Source of the DNA: Pseudomonas phage RWG
Direction: 5' to 3' (one strand)
Sequence record: KM411958.1
Length of the DNA: 64,000 nt
A program made the translations under genes and the position numbers. Below the pieces are notes generated by a model. That model saw only the letters and a program-made list of their open reading frames with translations. It was not told the origin of the DNA and ran no database searches. Positions 38,901-53,345 of the stretch are shown piece by piece (within the stretch, counting starts at the first letter, position 1; every line of letters starts with the position of its first letter).

Positions 38901-41900
38901 GGGAACCAACACGCTCAGGGCGGAACAGGAAGTTGTACTTCTCCTGTGCCACATCCTTCTCTGCTTGGGTGGCTTGGTCCCAATCACCAGCGAAGAAGTC
39001 CTTAGCAGACAAGCGATACTTGGCTTCACGCCAGAGGTTCTCCAGGCTGCTGCGGATGAAGATTCCATCGTTGCTGTTCAGGGTGGTGGCCACAGTAGCC
39101 TCGACCTGCTCCAGCACGTAGGCTTCCTGCGGGCTGACAATGAACGCCGAAGCCAATGCCTGAGAGGCGAAGGGCAGGCGGCCAGTGTCCAGAGCCTTCA
39201 GGACAGCATCAGTGGTGGTCAGTGCTTGGCCACGAGCAACCTCGTTGCGGAATGCACCCATGGGACCGTAAAGCTCGGTGACGATGCTGTTCAGGACAGA
39301 CTTCAGCTTGTTGCTGTGAGCCACGGTAAGCGGGGTCTTCTCGCTCTCCAGGGCATTGAAGATCTGTTCACTGCTCATCGCGTTGACCTGATCTACAGCG
39401 TCCTCGTACTTCAGGGTCAGGTCGCTACGTTTGGCCATCTGTGCAGCAGCCTCAGCGAACAAGCCAGAGGTATTGCTGATCACCAGAGCCATGGCATTGG
39501 TATCGGACGGCTTGGTGTCACGGAACAGCAGGGCAGTCAGGTTACGAATGAACCGCAGCAGCCCGTCAGTGAAACCAGCATCACGCTTACCAGCAGGCAT
39601 CTCCAGCTTCTTCAGGACTTCTTCCTGGAAGCCCTGGTTGGTCATGCCCCAGCTAACAAGCTCATGCACGTTCGACACAGCGTTGGCGTACTTGGCAGAC
39701 AGACCACCGTTCTTGCTCAGCATGTCGCTAGCACGGGAACGGATCATCTCCAGGTCGTTGACCATACGCCAGGGCATGGAATCGTAGTTGGAGTTGGCTT
39801 GCTTCTTGTCCAGTTCACGCTGGATGGTACGGCCCAGGCTCACATGGAGCAGTTCGTGGGTCAGCATCTCTTCGGTGATGCCCGACTCGACGAACTCAGG
39901 ACTCTTCACATAGAGAGCTTCGAAGTTGCCCTGGGTTGCATACCAGCCACGAGCCTTGCTCACACCCTCGCCGATGGCACCGTCAGGGCCAGTGGTAGAG
40001 GTGACCAGCTTGACCGGTACATCTTCGCGGATGGACCGGAGAGCAGCACGCAGTACCTGCTTGCGGAACGGGTCATTGGTACGGGCTACCAGAGCCTCAG
40101 CCAGACCACGAGTGGTCAGGTCATTGGTTTCGGTCAGTAGATCCACCAGTGCTTGGTCAGACGGAGTTACCGGCTGACCAAGTTCACCCCATACCGAGGT
40201 CTTGGCACGGCTGTTCTGCTGGACAGCTTGGACTACCTCAGCCGCACGATCTTCCGGCAGAACTTCCTTGGCAGACTCCAAGCTCAGGTTGGATTTCTCC
40301 ATCACTTGGGCTACCTGCTGGATGTCCTGTTGCAGCTGACCCTCAGCCTTGATGCGGTCCATGGTGTTCAGCGTAGTAGCCGGAGCCAAGGACTGTACCG
40401 AGTCATTGCGGAGCGGCTTGCGAGCAGCAGGCTTGGCTTCACGAGGGGTAGCCTTCAGCTGGGCGTCGATAGCATCAGCCATCGTTTCCGCTTCAGGATT
40501 GAAAGTGCTACCGATCTCTTCACGAGCCTTCACAGCAGCGGCACGGTCAGCATCGGTGACGATGTAGCTACCGCCATCAGTGGCGTACTGACCCACTGCA
40601 CGCATGTTGGCCAGCATGTTCAGCTTGTCAGTATCAGCCTGTTCAGCGACGTGACGGATGCTGGCCAGCTGAGTAGAGACGGTGGTCTTCTGGCTTTCCA
40701 GGTACTTGCCGAACTGGTTTGCAACCTGCGGATCCTGTACCCACTTACTGAAGCCAGCAAGAGTACGCTCGAAGGTCGAAACCATCTCACTGGCTGCCGA
40801 GTAGTTCAGCATCAGCTTGAAGGTTTGCTCGTTCAGACGTTGGCCAGCAGCGTCCATACCCAGTACACCCACACCGTGAGCATCGTGGATGTTCAGGACA
40901 TCTTCACCCATCAGTGCATTGTGGGAGATGAACGAGTCACCTGCGTGGGTAGCAGTGATGAACGGAGCTACACCCGGACCTTCGTTGACGGTGGTCATGC
41001 CACTGGCACGGAAGCTCTTCACGGACTGCTTGCGGCCTTCCTCATCGGTGAACTCCAGAGGTTCAGCGAAGTGGACTTCCGAGCGGTACAGGGGAGAGTC
41101 GTTCAGTTCCCGACGAGTCTTCGCCATCAGCATCCCCGAATCCAGGTCACCACTAGCTTTCGAGAAAGCGGTGTGCAGGATCGGTTCCATGTCCTTCAAC
41201 TCGTTGCGGATCTGGTCGATCTGAGCACGAGTGAGGTCAGTAAAGGGCTGGCCATCATTGCCACGAGGCAGGTTGGCCGAAGCCAGTAGCTCATCACGGC
41301 GAGCCTGGAAGACAGCTTCGTACATCTGGAAAGCCATGTTCGCAGTCTTGTTGATGGTGTCACGGCGAGCGATGAAGACCTCGTAGGTATCGTTCAGTGC
41401 ACTCTCTACCTTGCTACCCAGCAGGTCATAGAAGGCAGCCTTGATGGCGGTCTGCTGGACCGGGGAGTAGACAGTATTCAGTGCTTGTTCGAAGCCCATG
41501 TCGGTAGCCCACAGCTGACGCTTGTCGCTGTTCTTCGAACCAATGAGGCTGTTCACAGCAGCGATCACTTTGGACAAGGCAGCTTGGTCACCAGCATTGG
41601 CAGCGTCTTCCATCTTGGAGTAGATGGTTTCGATGAAGGCATCAGCCATACCGCTGACAGCAGTCTTGGTGTTGGAACCAAACATCATTGCGGTCAGGGG
41701 CTTCTTGATGACGTTACGACCCTTGGACGATACACCGCCTTCCTCGTTGGTCAGCACACCAGTGATGACTTCCACAGAGGACAGCAGCGGGTCATTGCCC
41801 AGACGGTCCAGCACAGCCTTGATGGTACCCTCGTACAGGTCCAGGTTTCCCTGTGCCTTGTAGTCGTTGAACTGGGTGTACGGATCTTCCAGGCTGAAGA

Positions 41901-44900
41901 AACCACCCTGGTTCAGGGTATCGAAGCCCTTGGCACCGGACATCAGCAGGGACAGCATAGGACCGTTGGTCACGCCATCCACTTCGCCAAGCAGCTGGGT
42001 GGTGAAGGATTCAGCACCGTTCTCACGGGCGATCTTCTCTTGAGCCAGGGCTACCAAGCCATCCAAGCTGAAGAACTTCTCACCAGCTTCAGCCACGGCA
42101 GCCAGGATTGCGGACTCGTTGGCTACGGTGTCTTGAGCCTCACCACGCAGGATTTCAGCCAGGGCAGTTACACCAGCCTGGATCGCAGGGGTGTTCACCT
42201 TGCTGTCGTACTTGGCCAGCACTTTCGAAGTGTTGTTGCCCTCGGTCTTCACACCGAAGGACTCCAGTACGCGAAGCTTGAAGCTATCCATCTCTGCCTT
42301 GTTGGACAGATTGATGGTGTTCTCCCAGCCTTCCATTGCCAGCATGTGGCGATGCACCTTGCTGGTCTGCGGGTTGATCATGTTGGCAGTCAAGCCAACA
42401 CGCTGAGGCTTCCACACGCTCCGGTCGAAGTACAGCGGCTGTTCCAAGCCAAGGTCAGAAACCTCCTGGATCCGACCAAAGAACTCGTTGAAGTTGTCGA
42501 TCTGGCGTACCAGTCCATCGTTCTTGGCTTGGGTGCCAGCACGGTTGGCCTTGTGTACGAAACCACCTTCAACATCTACAGCACCAGCGATGGTGGCCAA
42601 TGCGTTCTCGGACAGGTTGCCCCAGACTTGGAACATGTCCTGACGGAGACGCATGGGACGCTTGCCTGCATCGTACAGGATCTTGGCCAGTTCCTTGGGT
42701 ACCGGCTGCTGAGTACGCTTGGCGTTCTTCTGGGTGAAGGGTACCGGAGTGAAGCTCGGCTCAGTCTGACCTTCAGTCGAACCGAACAGCTTGGCCAGGA
42801 TGGACTGGCTTCCGGTATTGGCTTCACGGATCTGGCGAGCAACTGCACCCGGAACCAGCTTACCGTCTACACGCTCACTGACCGGGGTCAGGAAGTAGTG
42901 CTTGACGCGGGGGTTGGCCGGTTCATTGGAGTCCATCAGGGACTTCAGCTTGGCGTCGCTGACAGTGGTGATCTTTGCCACACCCATCTTCACCAGCAGA
43001 GCCAAGGCATGCTCACCCAGGGAAGCTTCCAGACGAGCACGCTCGTTCACAGGAGCATTCGGCAGGACTTCCAAACCAAGGACATCAACGATCTTGGCAC
43101 CCAGCTGGGAAGCTGCGGTGGCCTGGCGAGTACCTACGTTGCCCAGGACTGCATAGGCAGCTGGAGAGACTTCTTCATCAGCGTCCTTGCCCAGGATGGC
43201 ATTGATACCGGCATCGGTGTTCACCAGGTTGTTGGCAGCATCGATAGCCCAGTCGTACGCACCGTAGGCAATGGCGGTGGTCAGGTTCTCGTCCAGAGTA
43301 CCGTCAGCATTCACCAGGAACTGAGCATAGTCCCGGAAGTAGTAACGGCTGGCGTCACTGGTCTTCGAGGTGTATGGCTTCAGCGTTCGCTCGATGATCG
43401 GCTTGGCAGCACGTTGGAACTTCATGAACTGCTTGATGGCAGACTGTTGCTGACCAGTGAAGCTCTTCACACCAGCGAATTCAGCCATGCGGCCTTCACC
43501 AGTACGGATCTTGGTAGCGAAGTCTTTGACTACTACCAGAGGCTTCTGAGTGTCACCGTCATTGCGAGCCGGGGACTGCTGGAAGAAGGCGGAAACCAGA
43601 TTGGTAGTCTGATAGTTCTCAGCAGCAACTTCCTGACCACGCACAGCTTCACCCTCACGGATAGCCGTGAGTTCACCAGTTTCGGCCTCGGTAGCAGGTT
43701 CTGCCTGGATCGACTCGGTTTCACTGACTGGGACATCTTCAGTGACCTGAGCGATAGGCGCCTCTACCGAGGCCACCTCTTCAGCTACCTGTACGGGCGC
43801 TTCCTGTACAGGGGCAGCTTCTTGCACCACAGGGGCCGGACGAGCAATCGGACCAGCCTTGACCAGTTCACCCAGGGACTCAGCCGAGCGGGACAGTGCA
43901 GTGGCTTCCAGTGCTACAGCATCACGCAGCTTGAAAGAGCGGGCGGAGATCTCCAGACCACCAGCCGACTTCAGTTGGCGGGCAGTCATGGACTCCGGTG
44001 CTTCGGTCCAGTTGCCGGCTTCATCACGTACGATACGGATGGAGTTGTCGGTACCTTTGACCTGTTGATACGCAGCGTCGATGGCGTTGAACTTCGCCAC
44101 ACGACTGTCAGCGAAGGCACGCAGTTGGTCTACCTGACCAGCAGCTGCTTCTTCGTTGCCGTTCATCAGAGCCATACGCACAGCGTTACGGTACTGAGGC
44201 AGACCTTTGAAGCCATCACCACCAGACTCGATGTCGGTGCGTACACCGCTCAGACCCTTGAGTTCGTTGAGTGCAACCTGTGCTTCACTGAAGCTACGCA
44301 GGGATGCACGCTGCTCAGCGGTAAGGGTGTTGCTGGTGTCAGCCACCAGAGCATCTACCTGCTCCAGGCTTAGGGCATCCGGGTTGATCATGGTCAGGGT
44401 GACCAGACGCTCGGAGGCTTCTGGCTGGACAGCAGCTTCCTGAACCAGAGTCTCTACCTCGGCAGCCTTCGGAGCGGCTTCCACCTGGAAACGCTTGATG
44501 GCGTCACGAGTAGCGGTCAGTACCTGCTGAGCATCCTTCAGTTCCTTGGCTTGAGCCTGACGCTGCTCAGGAGTGATGTTGAGGATCTGCTCACGTACGC
44601 CGCTCAGGTTGGCCAGTTCTTCGTCCAGGCGGGCAACGGTAGCTTCATCAGCACCCTGCTTGGCCTGCTCACGTTGTTCGATGGCTTGCTCTACCTTGGC
44701 CAGACCTTCTTCACTGAACAGGACTTGTTCCTGCTCCAGCTGGGATACACGCTGGGCAGCTTCCTGCTCGATGGTGTCAGCCTGCTCCAGGGCACGGTCC
44801 TTGACCTCTTGGGTCACACCATCAGCCATGACTTGTTCCTGGAGAACTACCACTGCACCAGCAGGGTTATAGGACTCCGAGGTCACATCGGTCAGGGCAG

Positions 44901-46128
44901 AGATGTCGCCGGTTTCACGGGCAGCATTCACAGCTTCACGCGAAGCCAAAGCAGCCTCAGCACGGGTAGCACCAGAGCGGGCACCTACAGCAGCACGGCC
45001 ACCGATGTTCATGGTTCCGCCGACAGCAGCACCAATGGTTGCAGCTTCGACGATCTCTTCCAGGCTGGTGTCTTTCAGGTGAGCAACGTTCTCACCCCAG
45101 GTTTGGTAACCCTCGGTCACGCCTTCACGAGCGCTAGAACCAAGAGTAGAGCGGATCAAACCACCACCTTCACCACGGATACCACGCAGGATGCCAGCAT
45201 CGGCTACCTGCTCAGCTACCGCCAGTGAAGCAGCAGCAAGACCCATCTTCAAACGATCGTCAGCATCCGGCAGTTGGCCTTGGTTCTCGGCCTGATACTC
45301 AGTGATTCCTTCACGGTATTCATCCGAGGCGTAGCCCACGTTGGTAGCAGCACCCAGCACAGGGTTAGCGGCATAGGCCAGCATCTGCGGAGCGTTTTCC
45401 ACAGTGTACTCGCCGACTGCCAGCGGGTTGGTTGCCGATGCACCGATAGCGGTAGCAGCGGTCTGGCCGACACCGAGTGCACCTTGCACCAAGCCATCCA
45501 GAATCTCGCCACGGCTGAAGGACTCGCCTGCATTGCGGAGACGTTCTACGCCACCAGCAGTCGCATCAGCGATGTCGTCGCTCAGTTGGTCACGGCGAGT
45601 AGTGTCTACGATGCTCGACCAATCGAAGAACTTGTCCACGTTGGTAGAGAGCTTGCGGAGTTCATCCACACCTTGCATACGTTGCAGCATGGTCTGGTGA
45701 ACACCGTCGTCACCGGCAGCAGTCTGGCTCAGGATGGCTTCATCACCTTCCTGCATCTGGCCGGAGACGTAGCGGTTGTAGGCTTCGATGGCTTCGTTGG
45801 TTACACCAGCCTGACCCATGTCAGCAGCAGCGTTGATCGGCAGAGCAATCACGTCGCCGAGAGCACGGCCAGTACCGGATACGAAGGAAGCAGCAGCGTT
45901 GAGGATCTCAGTGCCAGCAGCACCGGGGGTGATACCCATCTTGCCGATGAGGGATTCTTCCACGTTGCGCTTCTTGCGCTCGCGGATGCCGTCGAGGTCG
46001 TAAGCCTTCTGCGAACCCTTCATGTCCAGGCCCACACTGGCAAAGTCCAGAGCGTCGAATGCCGGGGTAGCCCCGGCATTCGCCTCTTGACGATCCGACA
46101 GGAATTGATCCAAGTCGAAATCAGCCAT
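35932..46128 (-). CDS. virion-encapsidated giant RNA polymerase (N4 gp50-like vRNAP)
   Basis: 3398-aa ORF. Central VLNIHDAHGVG matches T7-like motif C (IHDSFGT). Size and position immediately upstream of the virion-protein block match the N4-like hallmark. Confidence 0.9.
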   Translation of the reverse strand: MADFDLDQFLSDRQEANAGATPAFDALDFASVGLDMKGSQKAYDLDGIRERKKRNVEESLIGKMGITPGAAGTEILNAAASFVSGTGRALGDVIALPINAAADMGQAGVTNEAIEAYNRYVSGQMQEGDEAILSQTAAGDDGVHQTMLQRMQGVDELRKLSTNVDKFFDWSSIVDTTRRDQLSDDIADATAGGVERLRNAGESFSRGEILDGLVQGALGVGQTAATAIGASATNPLAVGEYTVENAPQMLAYAANPVLGAATNVGYASDEYREGITEYQAENQGQLPDADDRLKMGLAAASLAVAEQVADAGILRGIRGEGGGLIRSTLGSSAREGVTEGYQTWGENVAHLKDTSLEEIVEAATIGAAVGGTMNIGGRAAVGARSGATRAEAALASREAVNAARETGDISALTDVTSESYNPAGAVVVLQEQVMADGVTQEVKDRALEQADTIEQEAAQRVSQLEQEQVLFSEEGLAKVEQAIEQREQAKQGADEATVARLDEELANLSGVREQILNITPEQRQAQAKELKDAQQVLTATRDAIKRFQVEAAPKAAEVETLVQEAAVQPEASERLVTLTMINPDALSLEQVDALVADTSNTLTAEQRASLRSFSEAQVALNELKGLSGVRTDIESGGDGFKGLPQYRNAVRMALMNGNEEAAAGQVDQLRAFADSRVAKFNAIDAAYQQVKGTDNSIRIVRDEAGNWTEAPESMTARQLKSAGGLEISARSFKLRDAVALEATALSRSAESLGELVKAGPIARPAPVVQEAAPVQEAPVQVAEEVASVEAPIAQVTEDVPVSETESIQAEPATEAETGELTAIREGEAVRGQEVAAENYQTTNLVSAFFQQSPARNDGDTQKPLVVVKDFATKIRTGEGRMAEFAGVKSFTGQQQSAIKQFMKFQRAAKPIIERTLKPYTSKTSDASRYYFRDYAQFLVNADGTLDENLTTAIAYGAYDWAIDAANNLVNTDAGINAILGKDADEEVSPAAYAVLGNVGTRQATAASQLGAKIVDVLGLEVLPNAPVNERARLEASLGEHALALLVKMGVAKITTVSDAKLKSLMDSNEPANPRVKHYFLTPVSERVDGKLVPGAVARQIREANTGSQSILAKLFGSTEGQTEPSFTPVPFTQKNAKRTQQPVPKELAKILYDAGKRPMRLRQDMFQVWGNLSENALATIAGAVDVEGGFVHKANRAGTQAKNDGLVRQIDNFNEFFGRIQEVSDLGLEQPLYFDRSVWKPQRVGLTANMINPQTSKVHRHMLAMEGWENTINLSNKAEMDSFKLRVLESFGVKTEGNNTSKVLAKYDSKVNTPAIQAGVTALAEILRGEAQDTVANESAILAAVAEAGEKFFSLDGLVALAQEKIARENGAESFTTQLLGEVDGVTNGPMLSLLMSGAKGFDTLNQGGFFSLEDPYTQFNDYKAQGNLDLYEGTIKAVLDRLGNDPLLSSVEVITGVLTNEEGGVSSKGRNVIKKPLTAMMFGSNTKTAVSGMADAFIETIYSKMEDAANAGDQAALSKVIAAVNSLIGSKNSDKRQLWATDMGFEQALNTVYSPVQQTAIKAAFYDLLGSKVESALNDTYEVFIARRDTINKTANMAFQMYEAVFQARRDELLASANLPRGNDGQPFTDLTRAQIDQIRNELKDMEPILHTAFSKASGDLDSGMLMAKTRRELNDSPLYRSEVHFAEPLEFTDEEGRKQSVKSFRASGMTTVNEGPGVAPFITATHAGDSFISHNALMGEDVLNIHDAHGVGVLGMDAAGQRLNEQTFKLMLNYSAASEMVSTFERTLAGFSKWVQDPQVANQFGKYLESQKTTVSTQLASIRHVAEQADTDKLNMLANMRAVGQYATDGGSYIVTDADRAAAVKAREEIGSTFNPEAETMADAIDAQLKATPREAKPAARKPLRNDSVQSLAPATTLNTMDRIKAEGQLQQDIQQVAQVMEKSNLSLESAKEVLPEDRAAEVVQAVQQNSRAKTSVWGELGQPVTPSDQALVDLLTETNDLTTRGLAEALVARTNDPFRKQVLRAALRSIREDVPVKLVTSTTGPDGAIGEGVSKARGWYATQGNFEALYVKSPEFVESGITEEMLTHELLHVSLGRTIQRELDKKQANSNYDSMPWRMVNDLEMIRSRASDMLSKNGGLSAKYANAVSNVHELVSWGMTNQGFQEEVLKKLEMPAGKRDAGFTDGLLRFIRNLTALLFRDTKPSDTNAMALVISNTSGLFAEAAAQMAKRSDLTLKYEDAVDQVNAMSSEQIFNALESEKTPLTVAHSNKLKSVLNSIVTELYGPMGAFRNEVARGQALTTTDAVLKALDTGRLPFASQALASAFIVSPQEAYVLEQVEATVATTLNSNDGIFIRSSLENLWREAKYRLSAKDFFAGDWDQATQAEKDVAQEKYNFLFRPERVGSRSDYLSRFAALGVASQEVANLLQFTTRSSEKSLAGMPLATRLVEMFRRLLTRLGQLHDKTRPGEVAESRLFTLVDRLVDIEAKRRGRLADQKVGALDQVETALANTGEAIKDNLNRIAESTFFTQSDSPFVRVAGKTISTITNERVGLVLDGITRIRDNAFKSQHGMAMQVVNEMRGAHEGNLAAHTLFKQAKSNEMARKQHIEYTAAMINEGFKDNGQYLSTEDRAALTKGFLRTNMGNLREALGMDRLKEVLLDNGEFANLRKDLEDQLLALPNGQYYLGAVKDLAYHRVIGGNVSPNLMLNSANIADMLGTKRVLQSSKADRAKAIELLDQLQAVYGWEYSGSQVKSRAREVLKTESNRTDGNGVDLILAMHHGLGKRSKDALFQGTERLYTDGYVPDIFDSKIEVLAVDRSDLPYFQKRGYAVAGDVQVDQRAGLESDKVLVTRRGSGQVGLLTGAMSYTGVHARGTKVDRQATNMLSAAPGTAKNAITTIKRNIAQDVSDMFLRDRSYDPRQQKPGRVSPVVNPNGAIVDYRYTMTEHNRDSLLDRDNSMEQVLGTLAGQIVDKVDSAIQNADVVRAMYDQFREDYANRPSSYLVVGKDSTDPQLLELYQLLPENTKREIRKTWGSDNMQIPADQLNMIMGYRKYSLTTPFGLAEDERNIAEKVLVRVAEAILGEKAALRIGRAEDVMQELVREAKDILVIKNITTLVGNIVSNMTLLAWEGVGLAEGVRAHATGIKAALQYRQDNKKLIQLQRALDVGYLPSGEQAVRDEIAVLMDRLSRNPIKPLVDAGLMPTIVEDVEADDSQYSYKSLLQKKAEKYTSKLPKLVRDIGRQVYMTHDTAVYKFLSQTTQLSDLVARYALYEHLTTRAKDPLSKADALRQAEESFINYDLPSGRGLQFMNDMGLVMFTKYYLRVQKVIARLIRQKPARALALVAANHFVSGLQSVMDSSWINRIGHNPFQSGPWSWPSSLSELPGIKGLMNL

Positions 46129-47693
46129 CTATCGTTTCCTCCCTCGTAGTGCAAAAGTTAGATCATCGGTTGGGTCCATGGTAACACCCTTTTCCCGTTC
46201 TGCCGAGCGAGTTACCTTAACGGCATTTGACCGTTTTTGGTTGGCGATGTCCGACACGGTTTTCAGGAAGTTTTCCCGGATGGTCGGAGCGTCTTCTCGC
46301 ATCTGAGTCATGCCATCAGTGGTCATGAGTTCGATGATCCGTTTCTCCACGTCACCGGCATTCTTGAACAGCCAAGTGTTCGTGGTGTTGAACGCCTGCT
46401 CCAGTAGCTTCGACGGGACTACAGCAGTACGTCCGTCCGGCAGCTTGATGCCATTGGTAGCGAAGTCCACGAGCATGTTGTTCAGATCCTGGCGGTCACC
46501 TTCCCAGCCGAAACCAGACTTCACAGCCTTGTCTACGATCTTGTTGACCGAACCCAGCGGATCCTTGTCAGGCTCGACAAACGGGTTACGTGCAACTTCC
46601 CGTTCGTAGTCCTCGGTAGCCGTCCGTTGCAGGGTATCCAGTTCTGCGTTAACCGCACCGATGGTTGCTTCAACCTTCGTGCGATCTTGCGGAGCCAGAC
46701 CCTCCAGGGATTCCCGGAGTTCCATCTCTTGCTTGGCCTGGGCGATACCCTTCGAGCTTACCCCTGCATCCACGAGAGACTTGAGTACAGCATTCCGCCG
46801 CTCGGTAGGAGAGGTATTGGCTTGTACACCAGCTTCGTTCAGCGCATTGCTGAAGGCATCAAGCTGGTCTTGCGAAGCACGGCTCATGTCGGGCATGCCC
46901 TGGTCATCGGTAGGCATACCGACTTCCTTGCCCACGATCCGCATGATCTCGCTCTGAGCCTGACGGGACTCGTCGTAGTCCTGGAAGGTAGTAGCGATGG
47001 TTCCCGAAACCAGCTTCGCTTCATCCCGATCACGGCGTAGTTCATCACGCTGCTCACGAGTGAAAGCCAGGTTCTCCCGACCAGCAGCCATGGAGAGGGA
47101 GTGTGCTTCAGCTGCCCGGTTGGCCGCTGCCTGTGCACGCTGTTCACCAGCTGCCCGGTACTGCCGATTCTGTATAGCATCCTGCACACCGGTGAGTTCC
47201 TTGCGGATCTCGCCCTCGTTGATCAGCTGTTGCTCAGCCAAGATCTGGTTGACTTCACCAGCACGGCCTTCAGCTGCCAGGGTACGAAGCTGATCTACGA
47301 TGCCTCGTTGACCTACCTCAGCCTGCATGTCGTCGAACTTCTGAGTAGTAGCCGCTTGGTTCTGCTGAGCACTGATCTGCTTGGTGATCGCATCGCGAGT
47401 AGCAGCACGATCCAGGTTCATCCCCATCGCATCACGTTGGGCCTCCAGGCCACTGCGATAGTCTGCGTTGCTGAGTTGTTCCAGGGTGGATGCTGCCACC
47501 TGGTCCAGATAGCTTTGCGTGTTGGCTTCACGCTGCAACTTGGCATTGTTGACGTTCATCTCCTGTTGACGGGAGATGATGTCACCCAGTGCACCAAGTG
47601 CTTGTTGGACACCGGTAGTCCCAGCAGACATCGAAGATGCACTACCAGGACTTACCGTTGCACCAATGTTACGCCAAGTGATCTCTTGGGCCA

Positions 47694-47694
<1 letters not shown>
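46129..47694 (-). CDS. virion internal protein (Gln/Ala-rich coiled-coil)
   Basis: 521 aa, low-complexity helical. Immediately upstream of the vRNAP in the late operon. Confidence 0.55.
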
Positions 47695-51389
<3,695 letters not shown>

Positions 51390-52055
51390 TTAGTCCTCCT
51401 TGTAGGAACCGTTTACTGCCTGTTGCTTGCGGAGGGATTCGAGTTCATCCTCGCTCAGCTGCGGCAGGAGTTCCACGGAGAATTCACGTACTGACTTCGA
51501 CCGGCGTACCTTCTGCGGACCCATCGGGGTCTGCTCGGTGACCGTGTAGAAGTGCTGGTACTGCTTGGACTTGATGAAGTTCAGCAGGGCTTCCGGCACA
51601 TGCCAGTCCACCTCGAACGGAACCAGACGACGGATCGTGCCGATCTCGTCGTTGCCGATGCTGAAGTACTCCGCATCCCAGTCGTTCTTGTTCGGGTTGT
51701 GGCAGGTGATCCGGCAGCGGATCAGGCGATGGGCAGCCATGCGACGGTCACGACGCAGTTCGCCTTCGGTCTTCGGACGCGGTGCTTCGGCTGCCTTGAG
51801 GGCAGCTGCACCAGCTTCGGCGGACGGCTTCGGGATGGACGAGGTAGCTTCGGTGGCTTCGTCTTCTTCCTCGTCGCCGACAGCTTCGTCGTTCAGGACG
51901 GCATTGATCTTTTCACGCAGCTTTTCCACGCCGGTATTGGAGCGGAAGGAGATGCCGAGGGCAGTAGCTTTTTCTTGTAGGACTTCCAACTCGGAACGGG
52001 TATCCGGGGATTCCAGTGGTGCTTCACTCAGGTTTTGCAGTTCGTCGAGGGACAT
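51390..52055 (-). CDS. hypothetical structural protein
   Basis: 221 aa, immediately upstream of the putative capsid gene. Confidence 0.5.
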   Translation of the reverse strand: MSLDELQNLSEAPLESPDTRSELEVLQEKATALGISFRSNTGVEKLREKINAVLNDEAVGDEEEDEATEATSSIPKPSAEAGAAALKAAEAPRPKTEGELRRDRRMAAHRLIRCRITCHNPNKNDWDAEYFSIGNDEIGTIRRLVPFEVDWHVPEALLNFIKSKQYQHFYTVTEQTPMGPQKVRRSKSVREFSVELLPQLSEDELESLRKQQAVNGSYKED

Positions 52056-52111
52056 GGGTGATTCTCCAGGGTAAGAGTTAAGAGGGGGAGGTTACCCTCC
52101 CCCTTGCCTAG

Positions 52112-53311
52112 TTACAGGCGTGCCACGGTCTTCAGCAGGGCGATCCACTCGGGGCGGAACACCATGAAGCCGTAGTACCACTTGATGGACATGAAGCCCA
52201 TCTCGCCGTACGGGTCACTGCGGTCGGCAGTGGCTTCGCCAGGACGCTTGGTGATGATCTTGAACTTGACGTTCTTGCCGTCGGTAGCGAAACCGACAGT
52301 GGTGAACGCCTCGGAAGCCACACACAGCATCGGGAAGACACTGTACTTGCCGCCCGACTCGTGCATCGGAACCTGGTCGTTCGGGTCCACGGCCTTGCCG
52401 ACGCCAGCCCAGTGCATCATCTGCGGGTTGACGATGACGCGGAAGCGGCCCAGCTGGCCGACTTCGCCGTGCATGGTGGCACCACCGGCAGCGTACTTCT
52501 CGATGGGGATGAAGGCCGGATTGCCGTGGTTGTCCTTCATGGCTTCGATGGTCGGAACCAGATCGGAACCAACGTACAGAGCACGGGCGTTGCCCACGGT
52601 ACGGGTGTCGATCATGCGGGTACCGGTGATCATCTTGATCTTGGTCGGAGCACGCGCGTTGTCCAGGTCCAGACGCAGACGCATCAGCGAGTCGTAGGTG
52701 ACCTCGGTGGTGGCGTCGACTTCAGCGTCGGAGGTTGCAGCGCCCGGATAACGGACGGTGCCGGCCGAGTTGAGCAGGTCGATTTGCAGCAGGTCTTCGG
52801 TGATCTCGTTCGCGCCCTTCACCATTTCGGTGGTGACGTGACCTTCCATCGCCGGATCGCTGTCGAAGTCGAGTTGCTCTTGGGTGTACTCGCGGAAGAA
52901 GCCGTACTTCTCCAGCTTGCCCTTGATCTCGACACGCTTGAAACCAACACGGTTCACGCGACCGCCGATCTCGGTGAGGGTCGGCATCTTCGCGGTGATG
53001 TTGCCCACGTCACGGCTCGAACCGTAGAGGTTGCCGTTGGCGATGGTAGCGCCGGAAGCGTCGATACCCTGGTCGTTCACGTTGCGGTCGTCGAGCAGCG
53101 GGATGTAGTGTAGTCGCACGATCTCTTTGCCGTAGTTCTTCGGCATCGAGAAGGTATCGGCCAGCTGACCGAAGTAGGCTTCCTTGGCGGCATCGATGAG
53201 CGCACGCTTGTACCAGTAGCGGGTATGGATCTGGGGACCGATGGAAGACTCTACCCCGTTCGCGGGGTCGTTGTACTTCATCGGCTTGCTGTTATCTACA
53301 GGACCGGCCAT
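52112..53311 (-). CDS. putative major capsid protein
   Basis: 399 aa, close to the N4 major capsid (gp56) size. Sits between a scaffold-like acidic protein and the portal. No motif-level proof. Confidence 0.45.
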   Translation of the reverse strand: MAGPVDNSKPMKYNDPANGVESSIGPQIHTRYWYKRALIDAAKEAYFGQLADTFSMPKNYGKEIVRLHYIPLLDDRNVNDQGIDASGATIANGNLYGSSRDVGNITAKMPTLTEIGGRVNRVGFKRVEIKGKLEKYGFFREYTQEQLDFDSDPAMEGHVTTEMVKGANEITEDLLQIDLLNSAGTVRYPGAATSDAEVDATTEVTYDSLMRLRLDLDNARAPTKIKMITGTRMIDTRTVGNARALYVGSDLVPTIEAMKDNHGNPAFIPIEKYAAGGATMHGEVGQLGRFRVIVNPQMMHWAGVGKAVDPNDQVPMHESGGKYSVFPMLCVASEAFTTVGFATDGKNVKFKIITKRPGEATADRSDPYGEMGFMSIKWYYGFMVFRPEWIALLKTVARL

Positions 53312-53345
53312 GAGATGTTTTCCTTATTCCAGTTTCAGGGATTGC

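Noticed and set aside
36013-44373. Very long plus-strand ORFs (1375 aa at 36013-40140 and 962 aa at 41485-44373) antisense to the vRNAP gene
   Set aside because: Their composition is dominated by V, L, H, Q, G, S and T, as expected for the antisense frame of a GC-rich, codon-biased gene. They have no RBS or start context and no recognisable motifs. The sense-strand product carries a bona fide RNAP motif.
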